Virus record (IMG/VR): IMGVR_UViG_2912838376_000002
Location: 64,001 to 128,000 of that record
Origin: a virus
Taxonomy: Duplodnaviria > Caudoviricetes
Direction: 5' to 3' (one strand)
Length of the DNA: 64,000 nt
Below the pieces are notes generated by a model. The model saw nothing but the letters and a program-made list of their open reading frames with translations. It was not told the DNA's origin and searched no databases. Position numbers and translations under genes: made by a program. Of the stretch, positions 50,371 to 57,817 are shown piece by piece. Numbering within the stretch: the stretch's first letter is position 1; each line of letters opens with the position of its first letter.

Positions 50371-50916
50371 TTAGTGATACAATGATTTGTGTACAGACAA
50401 GATATTAATCTTATCTTCTTCTGTGATAAGACCTTTTGCAAATGCATCTTCTACATGTTGATCTGTAGCATGCCAGTAGAATCGTGCGCTCGCTAAGTAG
50501 CGTACAATATCAAATGAAGTTCCAGTTACTCCATGCAAAGTTGCTTGCGTTTTGTCTATGTCGTAATGTTGAGAACGAGGACCAGATGCACCAACTAAGT
50601 AATGTCCATCTAGCATTTCTTGTGTAATTAAGTCGCCTACTTTGATCGTAGACAGGTCTCCTTGATAAGTCCCTCGCTGCAATTTATTCCCCGAAAGGTT
50701 TGTATAACTTGCACCTAGTCGCACATGAGGTACGAATTGATTAGCATATTCATCATAAACTTGTTCAGGGTATGAAGGCATCTGCCAATCTTGCACCATA
50801 GGATTTTGATTAAAATCATACTCATAGCGCCAAGGAATCTCAATTCGCTTTGTAATTACTTTCGTTTCTCGATCATACTCTAGCACTAAATCATAAAGGT
50901 TTGTCAATAATATCAA
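50371..50916 (-). CDS. Hypothetical protein inside the tRNA array
   Basis: 181 aa; TTG start after AGGAG; followed by a hairpin. Confidence 0.7.
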   Translation of the reverse strand: MILLTNLYDLVLEYDRETKVITKRIEIPWRYEYDFNQNPMVQDWQMPSYPEQVYDEYANQFVPHVRLGASYTNLSGNKLQRGTYQGDLSTIKVGDLITQEMLDGHYLVGASGPRSQHYDIDKTQATLHGVTGTSFDIVRYLASARFYWHATDQHVEDAFAKGLITEEDKINILSVHKSLYH

Positions 50917-50955
50917 ACTCCTTCTAGTTGTATTAGAAACTTATAAAAGTTCTAA

Positions 50956-51028
50956 CGCCCCTACCAGGATTCGAACCTGGACTCTAAGCTTAGAAGGTTC
51001 ATGTGCTATCCTATTACACCATAGGGGC
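50956..51028 (-). tRNA. tRNA-Arg(TCT)
   Basis: Loop CTTCTAA; imperfect anticodon stem; no CCA. Confidence 0.8.
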
Positions 51029-51057
51029 AAAGTGAAACACCTAAACATAAACAAAAG

Positions 51058-51131
51058 TCCGGATGACACGATTCGAACATGCGACCCCTTGCTCCCAAAG
51101 CAAGTGCTCTACCAAGCTGAGCTACATCCGG
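51058..51131 (-). tRNA. tRNA-Pro(TGG)
   Basis: Loop TTTGGGA; no CCA. Confidence 0.9.
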
Positions 51132-51135
51132 ATGA

Positions 51136-51211
51136 TGGTGGAACTGACAGGACTTGAACCTGCGACATCCTGCGTGCAAGGCAGGCGCTCTCCCAGCTGA
51201 GCTACAATCCC
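51136..51211 (-). tRNA. tRNA-Ala(TGC)
   Basis: Loop CTTGCAC, G3:U70 pair, CCA end. Confidence 0.92.
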
Positions 51212-51215
51212 AAGA

Positions 51216-51289
51216 CGGGTTTTACTAGGATTCGAACCTAGGAATTCTGTGGCCATTCAGTGCACCAACCTCTTCTTGCTTTAAAACCC
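51216..51289 (-). pseudogene. tRNA-like element (intact acceptor and T arm, aberrant D/anticodon arms)
   Basis: GGGTTTT/AAAACCC; CTAGG-TTCGAAT-CCTAG. Confidence 0.65.
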
Positions 51290-51299
51290 ATAATATAAT

Positions 51300-51374
51300 T
51301 GGCTGGGAATGATAGATTCGAACTACCGCATCAGAGAGTCAAAGTCCCTTGCCTTACCGCTTGGCTAATTCCCA
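51300..51374 (-). tRNA. tRNA-Gln(TTG)
   Basis: Loop CTTTGAC; CCA end. Confidence 0.92.
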
Positions 51375-51384
51375 ATATAATAAA

Positions 51385-51458
51385 TGGCTCTTGATTGACT
51401 CGAACAATCGACTTCTACCTTATGAGGGTAGCGCTCTAACCAACTGAGCTAAAGAGCC
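51385..51458 (-). tRNA. tRNA with CAT anticodon (Met elongator or Ile2)
   Basis: Loop CTCATAA; no CCA. Confidence 0.85.
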
Positions 51459-51461
51459 AGG

Positions 51462-51536
51462 CACCGAAGGCAGGAGTCGAACCTACACGCCACCGATTGT
51501 TACATCGTTGAGTCTGCCTGTTGAACTTACTTCGGT
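51462..51536 (-). pseudogene. tRNA-like element with ambiguous anticodon
   Basis: ACCGAAG/CTTCGGT; T arm GTAGG-TTCGACT-CCTGC; anticodon loop is not 7 nt. Confidence 0.65.
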
Positions 51537-51537
51537 A

Positions 51538-51611
51538 TGGTGCTAGAAAGAAAAATCAGAAGAACAACTTCCTCTGAACCAAGAGACGGCTTGGACCCTC
51601 CCGAATCTAGC
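51538..51611 (-). ncRNA. CCA-terminated small RNA with acceptor-like stem but no T loop
   Basis: GCTAGA/TCTAGC + ACCA; inner hairpins CCAAG/CTTGG and TCAGAGGAA/TTCTTCTGA. Confidence 0.55.
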
Positions 51612-51622
51612 ATAATATGAGA

Positions 51623-51696
51623 TGACGTATGCCGGATTCGAACCGGCGAATATCGGATAGAAAGTCCGATGACTTAGGCCTCTTGTCGAATACGCC
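51623..51696 (-). tRNA. tRNA-Glu(TTC), atypical U37
   Basis: Stem TCGGA/TCCGA, loop CTTTCTA; no CCA. Confidence 0.85.
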
Positions 51697-51713
51697 ATGA
51701 AAGATATAATCAC

Positions 51714-51811
51714 AATCCGACACCCATTAGCGAAAGAAAATACCGAATGGGGATTCAGTAACACAAAATATAAAATAAAGGAGTGATTGAATGAGACATG
51801 GATGCCGGATT
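51714..51811 (-). ncRNA. Putative sRNA with anti-Shine-Dalgarno-like segment and CCCC loop
   Basis: 14-bp closing helix with two G-U pairs on the minus strand; CATTCAATCACTCCTTT; hairpin TACTGAAT-CCCC-ATTCGGTA. Confidence 0.55.
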
Positions 51812-51818
51812 CTAATTA

Positions 51819-51896
51819 CGGTTGCTAACGCTCTGGAATCGAACCAGATTTGCAAGGGTTATGAGCCCAAGTGAGATTGCCAACCTCCCGCCAGCT
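51819..51896 (-). tRNA. Atypical initiator-like tRNA-Met(CAT)
   Basis: GGG-CTCATAA-CCC anticodon stem, unpaired position 1, irregular acceptor junction, CCG end. Confidence 0.65.
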
Positions 51897-51909
51897 ATAA
51901 TATATAAGA

Positions 51910-51983
51910 TGGAACTTGTAGGACTCGAACCTACGACCGGACGGTTATGAGCCGTCTGCTCTGACCAACTGAGCTAAAGATCC
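51910..51983 (-). tRNA. tRNA-Ile2(CAT), lysidine type
   Basis: GACGG-CTCATAA-CCGTC, close to Bacillus tRNA-Ile2 as recalled. Confidence 0.8.
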
Positions 51984-51990
51984 ATAAATA

Positions 51991-52062
51991 AGCACCTTAC
52001 GGGAATCGAACCCGTACCGTCTGATTGGAAGTCAGAAATCATAGCCATTAGACCAAAAGTGC
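51991..52062 (-). tRNA. tRNA-Gly(TCC)
   Basis: Loop CTTCCAA; U73. Confidence 0.88.
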
Positions 52063-52068
52063 ATGATA

Positions 52069-52143
52069 AGCAGAAGACAGGATTTGAACCTGCGAGATAA
52101 TTGGGTTGCAGCCAATCGCGTTAAGCCACTTCGCCACATCTGC
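52069..52143 (-). tRNA. tRNA-Cys(GCA)
   Basis: Loop CTGCAAC; U73. Confidence 0.88.
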
Positions 52144-52152
52144 ATAATAAAA

Positions 52153-52334
52153 TGGCGTGCATGGTCGGAATCGAACCGCCCTTCTGGACTATGACCTCCT
52201 GCTCTGATACAGTGGCTTACCATAGTCAATCTCCTCACCAATCTAACCGTAACGACTTATCGTTCATCTATGTTTCAGAATACATAGGGCCCCAATAAGC
52301 TTTCGAGAAAGATTCGTTTCTACCTGAGCTGCAC
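52153..52334 (-). ncRNA. ~182-nt tRNA-like RNA with a large structured insertion
   Basis: 5' GTGCA-GCTCAG-GTAGA; 3' GGCGG-TTCGATT-CCGAC-CATGCAC-G-CCA; several inner hairpins. Confidence 0.65.
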
Positions 52335-52340
52335 ATAATA

Positions 52341-52428
52341 TGGCGGAGGGTGAGGGACTCGAACCCCCATCGGTTTTACCCTACGACAGTTTTCAAGACT
52401 GTTCTCTTACCAATTAGAGTAACCCTCC
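52341..52428 (-). tRNA. tRNA-Ser(TGA)
   Basis: Loop CTTGAAA, long variable arm, CCA end. Confidence 0.9.
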
Positions 52429-52436
52429 ACATTAGA

Positions 52437-52516
52437 TACGGACGGAGAGACTCGAACTCTCACGCCGAAGCACTAGATCCTAAGTCTAGCGTGTCTGCCA
52501 ATTCCACCACGTCCGC
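52437..52516 (-). tRNA. tRNA-Leu(TAG)
   Basis: Loop CTTAGGA, variable arm. Confidence 0.92.
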
Positions 52517-52522
52517 ATAATT

Positions 52523-52597
52523 TGGCTCTGACGGTAGGATTCGAACCTACGACCTTTCGGTTAACAGCCGAGCGCACTACCACTGTGCTACGCCAGA
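52523..52597 (-). tRNA. tRNA-Asn(GTT)
   Basis: Loop CTGTTAA; CCA end. Confidence 0.92.
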
Positions 52598-52646
52598 ATA
52601 ATAATATTTAACAACATAAGTACTTATACTGTGATTTTGTTTTCAT

Positions 52647-52675
52647 AACATAAGCACTTCTTTTTTATTTGTCAA
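52647..52675 (-). promoter_or_regulatory. Promoter for the tRNA array (TTGACA-17-TATGTT)
   Basis: Perfect -35, 17-nt spacer, recurring AAGTGCT-TAYGTT -10 region. Confidence 0.65.
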
Positions 52676-52690
52676 CATTTACTTTAATTA

Positions 52691-53011
52691 ATTGCTACCT
52701 ACACAGCCTAGCAGTGATTGAAGGTGTGCATAAAGACCATTTTACTGTTATCTAGGGTTTTTATAATCGTTTATCTTTGTGTTTTAAACTTTATAAAATA
52801 AGAACTTTGAACCCTAATCCTTACACTTTAAACCTTGAACTTTGAGCTTTTCTCACCTGTTTTGATTATTTCTTAATCAAATTTTAATTCGTCCTATACG
52901 AATATTCTCTTTGTAAGTACGCCCATGTATTGGTCATAAATGTTGGAGCTGGGAATTTAACGTCCCCCGGCAAGACGTATACACGTTTTAACGTTCCGTG
53001 TAAGTAGCAAT
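52691..53011 (-). ncRNA. ~320-nt structured RNA with 7-nt periodic repeats
   Basis: 16-bp terminal helix with two G-U wobbles specific to the minus strand; inner hairpins; 7+4 heptamer repeats. Confidence 0.7.
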
Positions 53012-53023
53012 ATTAGTTATAGA

Positions 53024-53650
53024 TTAAGCAGAAATCTCAATGAAAGTAGTGGCATTCGCCTCTGACTTAACTGAGTCTACTTCAATCAAGAATGCATTAA
53101 TTTCTGTTTCAAGCTTCTCAATCTCTTTACGGATTTCGATTGGATCAACCACTTTTGGATTGTAACGTTTTAAGAAGTTTTCCGTAATTTCTTCAACTTC
53201 TGCAGCATGATTCTTACGATCTTTAGAACCAAGGTCTGCTTCTAAACGCTTATCTAAGCGATTCTCCATTTGTTGCTTCTCAATCTCCATCTTTTGATTG
53301 ACTACAGCTAATTGACGTTTTAATTCATTAAGAAGTGATTGCTTGTATTCGATGAATTCTTGTTGATCAATCGCTTCTGCAATTGTCATTTCAACACCAG
53401 CAATATTCACTTTCGTCGTTGCGTTCGCCAAGATTAGCTTTGATTTGATTTCGTTGCGGCGCTTAATTAAGTCCGTTACAGACTGATAACCAGCTGCAGC
53501 AAGTTCTTCAAATTCTTTTGTTGATTGATACCCTTTTGGTTTTTCTTCACCAATTTGGTATGTTACGTATTGCTTGTCATTAATAGAAGAAAGAATACGT
53601 TTATTTAACATTTTTAACTCTGCTAATGCACGATGTAATGATAATTTCAT
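53024..53650 (-). CDS. Coiled-coil protein (DIP1984-like motifs) upstream of the structured RNA
   Basis: HRALAELKML..RI, ANATTKV, MTIAEAI, VVDPI, SEANATTFIEI; RBS GGGAGG. Confidence 0.8.
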   Translation of the reverse strand: MKLSLHRALAELKMLNKRILSSINDKQYVTYQIGEEKPKGYQSTKEFEELAAAGYQSVTDLIKRRNEIKSKLILANATTKVNIAGVEMTIAEAIDQQEFIEYKQSLLNELKRQLAVVNQKMEIEKQQMENRLDKRLEADLGSKDRKNHAAEVEEITENFLKRYNPKVVDPIEIRKEIEKLETEINAFLIEVDSVKSEANATTFIEISA

Positions 53651-53904
53651 ATATATTGCCTCCCTTTATTCTCATAGGTAAATTAAGGGCTCCTACCACT
53701 CCCTTAATACTAGTGAACTATCACTAGGGTCTTCCTCCTCACAGCGAAAACCATCCTAATATCTATTGAAAAAAACGTTGAATGCAATTACTAGATTACT
53801 AATTCAACCCTATGAGTAAAGAAAGTCAATACCTTTTTTAAAATTTTTAAAAGTTTTTTTGCAAATAAAAAAGCAGACACAAAATGTGCCTACCTTTTCG
53901 AGAA

Positions 53905-54888
53905 TTAATATCTTGTTAGATTCGCATAAGATAGAGAAACCCAACCATCATGCACTCTCGCCCATCCACCGCTAATATCGTAGATGTTCCATGTGTCTCC
54001 ACTTGAGATAGTACGAATAATATCTCCGTCTGTCGAAGGTTTAGTGCGGACGTTTAAGTTTGCAGTAGTTGTGATTTTTCCGATTGGATTACGTTTTCCT
54101 GCTAAGTCTTCAGGTGTTCCATTAGAAGAACCTCCTGCAGGTGTAAACTTAACATAAGCAGGTCCTGCTGATACCCACTGGTTTCCTCCAACGTTGTACA
54201 TGCCGTTAGATAATCCCCAAGTCTGGTATGTTTCGCCTTTCTTCACAGTTTTAACAACTCTTGAATCAAAGCTAGCAGATTCACGAACGTTTAATTCTGC
54301 AACAAGAATCTCAACAACACCAATACCATCTGTAGAAGGTGGTGGTGTTACTGGCGGCGCTACAGTTGAACCATTAAGTTCAGCTTGTACTGCTGCTAAG
54401 AAACTATTCCATCGTCCTTCATCTAGGATACGGTGCGGACAATTCTTAACTGTTCTAGAATTACCGTTTTTAACACCAATCTCTGTCCAACTCTTATGAG
54501 TACGAACACGATCAATTCCCCATCCGCGCTCTCTTAGTAATTGAGCAACGAATTTAATAGCTAATGCTTCAGCTTTTGTATATCTTGAACCGCCAGATAA
54601 TGAGTAACAGATTTCAACACCGATAGATTTTCGGTTTCCGTTACCACCACCATCACCACAATGCCAAGCATTACGATCAACCGGAATACCTTGAATAACT
54701 TCGATATCATCTACTGCGAAGTGGAATGAAACCTCGTTATTGTTTCCGATCATGTAGTTTACCTCGTTCTTAGCAGGCGCATCATTATAAGTGTTATGCA
54801 CTGTAATGTACTCTGCTTTCATAGAATAAGGACACTTGATTGGGTATTTGCTTGTAGCCACAAGATTTTGTTTAACTGAAATGGCCAT
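53905..54888 (-). CDS. Endolysin: N-acetylmuramoyl-L-alanine amidase (Amidase_2) + two SH3b domains
   Basis: ITVHNT, SFHFAVDD, AWHCGDG, SIGVEIC, KNCPH; two LNVR repeats. Confidence 0.95.
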   Translation of the reverse strand: MAISVKQNLVATSKYPIKCPYSMKAEYITVHNTYNDAPAKNEVNYMIGNNNEVSFHFAVDDIEVIQGIPVDRNAWHCGDGGGNGNRKSIGVEICYSLSGGSRYTKAEALAIKFVAQLLRERGWGIDRVRTHKSWTEIGVKNGNSRTVKNCPHRILDEGRWNSFLAAVQAELNGSTVAPPVTPPPSTDGIGVVEILVAELNVRESASFDSRVVKTVKKGETYQTWGLSNGMYNVGGNQWVSAGPAYVKFTPAGGSSNGTPEDLAGKRNPIGKITTTANLNVRTKPSTDGDIIRTISSGDTWNIYDISGGWARVHDGWVSLSYANLTRY

Positions 54889-54961
54889 AGTCGTACACCT
54901 CCGTATAGATTGGAATGCACGACTAAATTAACCACTTCCTAAATTTGGCTCAAGGTTAAAC

Positions 54962-57526
54962 TTAAGCTACTTTATTGAACTCTCCTAAACGAAGAGAGAT
55001 AACATATCCATGTTGCTCTTGTGTTGCTCCTTCAATGCCTAATAGAGTTGCTGAATGTTGGTTGCCGTCCAACAATAGAGCTTCAGTCATAGGCACTTGC
55101 CCTTGTGCTACAACTGCTCCGTTTTTACCTACCATTGTTACTAGTTTATTTGTTACAGGGCCGTTTCCTAATTGTAACTCACTCTTTAGGTCAATTCGTT
55201 TGCCGACGGATTGTGCCCAAGATTGCGGTGAGTAGCCCGTCGCAAATCGAATAACTGTTTCAGTCTGAGTTAAATTGCCTGCACCGTCTTGTAAATTGCC
55301 CATTACTTGAACGGTTTGTTTTTGCTCAGTTTGTGTATGGATCCCTGTTTCTTTTAGTGTTTGATTAATAACACCTGCAACTAATCCATTTGCCGCTTCT
55401 GTCAACTCTTGACGAGAAGTTGGTAATACTTGCGTTTGATTACGAATTTCTTGAACAGCTCCACCCATATCTTTTGCTTGAGAATGAACTAGTTCTTGAT
55501 ATCCTTGTGTGTAGTTAGTACCTGCAGTAGGATTGATTAATTGTTTCGCTTCTACAGGATTGTATTCTTTATTCATTAACGCTTCCGCAGATACCGTTTC
55601 TTGTGGAGCGTTTACTACTGGTGCATTTTCAACTACTGGAGTTGTTTGAGTTTCTACAGGAGTAGCTTCTGTCTTAACAGCTGCATGTGCATTAGCTAAT
55701 TCTTGTTGTCTCTCAGCATATACTTCTTCATTAATTGGTAAGAAACTTGTTACTTCACGAGCTTCCCCTTCTTTTTCATAAGGGAATAATGCTACTTCTT
55801 CTAATCGATCAAAGACTAAGAATAGTGATTTACGTTGAGTTCCTTGGTCAACTAATAAGTTAACGTCTGTAATACGAGCTAACCATTTAGAATTACGCAT
55901 TGTTTCTTTTGTTAGTGTGTTTGATGCTGTTGCCATTTCAAATACATCATACATTAATGAAACACGTTTCAGTTGTTCTTCTGGACGAGTGAATAATCCT
56001 AAGTGAACAACTTGTCCAACCATTGCTTTAGCAGCTTCTAAGCTAAACATAGATTCTGCCATTGGGTGTAATGGTAATGCAATTTCATTAGTTAAAGGGA
56101 AATCAGATGGGACTTCACCTTTAGTTACTACTTCTACTGATGTTTGTTCAGTTTGTGTTTCTGCTGCAGGTGTTTGAGAAACTGGCGCCGGCTGCACAGT
56201 TTGTTCAATAACACTAGCATCTAATTTAAATTGAGCGTATGTTTTTCCATCTTGCTCTTTCATCGTGTAATCAAGAATAGTAGCCATGTAGTTGTTTGGT
56301 TTAAGAGCTGTTTTCTCGTCAACACCAACTACAACTGTACCGTTAGCATTCTGCGTAAATAATCGAGCTATTCCATCTGCAGAACTAATTCCGTATTTTT
56401 GAGCCATTACAGCTTCTTTTTGATTTGCGAATGTACCAACAAAGCTTGGATGAAGCATGAAACTAGATACGATAAATGGTTTCTCTTCCACTTCTTCTTG
56501 TGTTGTTGGTTCTACTACTTGAACAGGTTTCTCTTTAGCTACAACCTCTTTAGATTCAGCTTCTTTAACGTGTTCTGGAACTTCACCTTTTTCTAAAAGA
56601 TTTGTAACGTTCTTTACAACCCAGTGATCCTTCTCTAATAATTGAAGGTTTTTATATGTAACATTTGTGTAACGAGCACGAGAACGCTTAGTTACTTCTC
56701 CAAATGAAACTACATCACAAGTAATGAATCCATCGTTCTTAAGATGTTTCTGTACATGCTCTGGGAATTGCTCTAACTTAATTGTCTTAGCAATAGCAAC
56801 TACTTCATCATCTAAGCAAAGCATTAACATGAATGAACGCTTCTCGCGGAAGATAACACCACCACGCTCAATGATTTGATTCATGTGTTCTTCTTCTTTA
56901 GCTGTAGAAATAAGACCAAACTCTTCTACATACTCAGTTTCATCTACTGGTGCTTCTACTGTTTTTACTGTTTCTTCCGTTACCGGTTCTACTTTTACTG
57001 TTGGTTCTTCAATTGGTGTGTCGATTGGTAATTCTACTTGCTCAGCTTCTTCTAATTCTGTTTTAGTTTCGCCTTCCATATCTTCAACAGTTTGAATCTC
57101 TTCAGTATTCATGTCAGCTGCTTCGTATTTTACAGCCGCTTCATCTTCTTTAACTTTAAGAAGTTCTTCTGCTAATTTAGATTCTTCTTCTTTAGCTTCT
57201 TGTTCCATTTGTTGATTGTATAGAGCAGCTGCGTTGTTTTGGTCTAGTTCTGCTCCTAATACTGTTTCCTCTGTTACAGGAAGAACAACATCCTCTGTAA
57301 CTGTTTCAACTGGTGCTACTGTTTTTTCTACATCTGGCACTACTACAGTGTTAGATGATAATGCACTTAGGTATTGTTCAATAACTGTTAACATGCGTTG
57401 CTTAACAGCATTGTCCTCTTCGATGTTTACTCGTTTTAATAAGTGATCAAATTCTTGTACGTTCATTAATATTCTCTCCTTTTCATATGAATCGATTTGT
57501 TTTTGAATTGAATTTACTGTTTTCAT
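54962..57526 (-). CDS. Large acidic E/V/T/Q-rich multidomain protein (854 aa)
   Basis: Long ORF with own promoter motif and RBS GAGGAG. Confidence 0.8.
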   Translation of the reverse strand: MKTVNSIQKQIDSYEKERILMNVQEFDHLLKRVNIEEDNAVKQRMLTVIEQYLSALSSNTVVVPDVEKTVAPVETVTEDVVLPVTEETVLGAELDQNNAAALYNQQMEQEAKEEESKLAEELLKVKEDEAAVKYEAADMNTEEIQTVEDMEGETKTELEEAEQVELPIDTPIEEPTVKVEPVTEETVKTVEAPVDETEYVEEFGLISTAKEEEHMNQIIERGGVIFREKRSFMLMLCLDDEVVAIAKTIKLEQFPEHVQKHLKNDGFITCDVVSFGEVTKRSRARYTNVTYKNLQLLEKDHWVVKNVTNLLEKGEVPEHVKEAESKEVVAKEKPVQVVEPTTQEEVEEKPFIVSSFMLHPSFVGTFANQKEAVMAQKYGISSADGIARLFTQNANGTVVVGVDEKTALKPNNYMATILDYTMKEQDGKTYAQFKLDASVIEQTVQPAPVSQTPAAETQTEQTSVEVVTKGEVPSDFPLTNEIALPLHPMAESMFSLEAAKAMVGQVVHLGLFTRPEEQLKRVSLMYDVFEMATASNTLTKETMRNSKWLARITDVNLLVDQGTQRKSLFLVFDRLEEVALFPYEKEGEAREVTSFLPINEEVYAERQQELANAHAAVKTEATPVETQTTPVVENAPVVNAPQETVSAEALMNKEYNPVEAKQLINPTAGTNYTQGYQELVHSQAKDMGGAVQEIRNQTQVLPTSRQELTEAANGLVAGVINQTLKETGIHTQTEQKQTVQVMGNLQDGAGNLTQTETVIRFATGYSPQSWAQSVGKRIDLKSELQLGNGPVTNKLVTMVGKNGAVVAQGQVPMTEALLLDGNQHSATLLGIEGATQEQHGYVISLRLGEFNKVA

Positions 57527-57706
57527 AATCTACTTACTCCTCTCACGATCTGATTGACTTAGATGAACGTAAGCAGTTGTTTCTAAAAATGCAATAACAT
57601 GGGCAATAGTTTTTTTGGCAATAAATTAGGCAAAAGAAAAAGCCCTTCGGCAAAAGGACTCTTTCGTTTAACTAATTAAAAAAAGAGAGGGCGTTAGCCC
57701 TCCCTC

Positions 57707-57817
57707 TTAAGAATGGTTTCTTACTTTTCTTTTACAGGTAATACATACATCAGAATAATAATCTACTTTGTGCTTTTTTCTAAGCTTGCAAATAACTGAC
57801 GTTACCTTTTTACACAT
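57707..57817 (-). CDS. 36-aa basic Cys/His peptide (MCKKVTSVICKLRKKHKVDYYSDVCITCKRKVRNHS)
   Basis: Hand-translated; RBS GGAGG; overlaps the ThiF gene end; followed by a terminator. Confidence 0.55.
   Translation of the reverse strand: MCKKVTSVICKLRKKHKVDYYSDVCITCKRKVRNHS

Noticed and set aside
51791-51874. Plus-strand 27-codon ORF behind AAAGGAG
   Set aside because: Antisense to the tRNA array and overlapping a tRNA; the anti-SD sRNA reading is favoured, though this ORF is not excluded
49632-52241. Track ORFs 49632-49868, 49696-49920, 50244-50447, 51543-51764 and 52032-52241
   Set aside because: They overlap tRNA or tRNA-like genes and lack credible RBSs
52153-52334. tmRNA or intron-containing tRNA
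   Set aside because: No G3:U70 or A73 alanine identity, about half the tmRNA length, and no group I intron core recognisable
52765-52850. Heptamer repeats as a CRISPR array or replication iterons
   Set aside because: Units are 7 nt, degenerate and spacerless, and lie inside a strand-specific RNA helix; no cas1 or rep gene is adjacent
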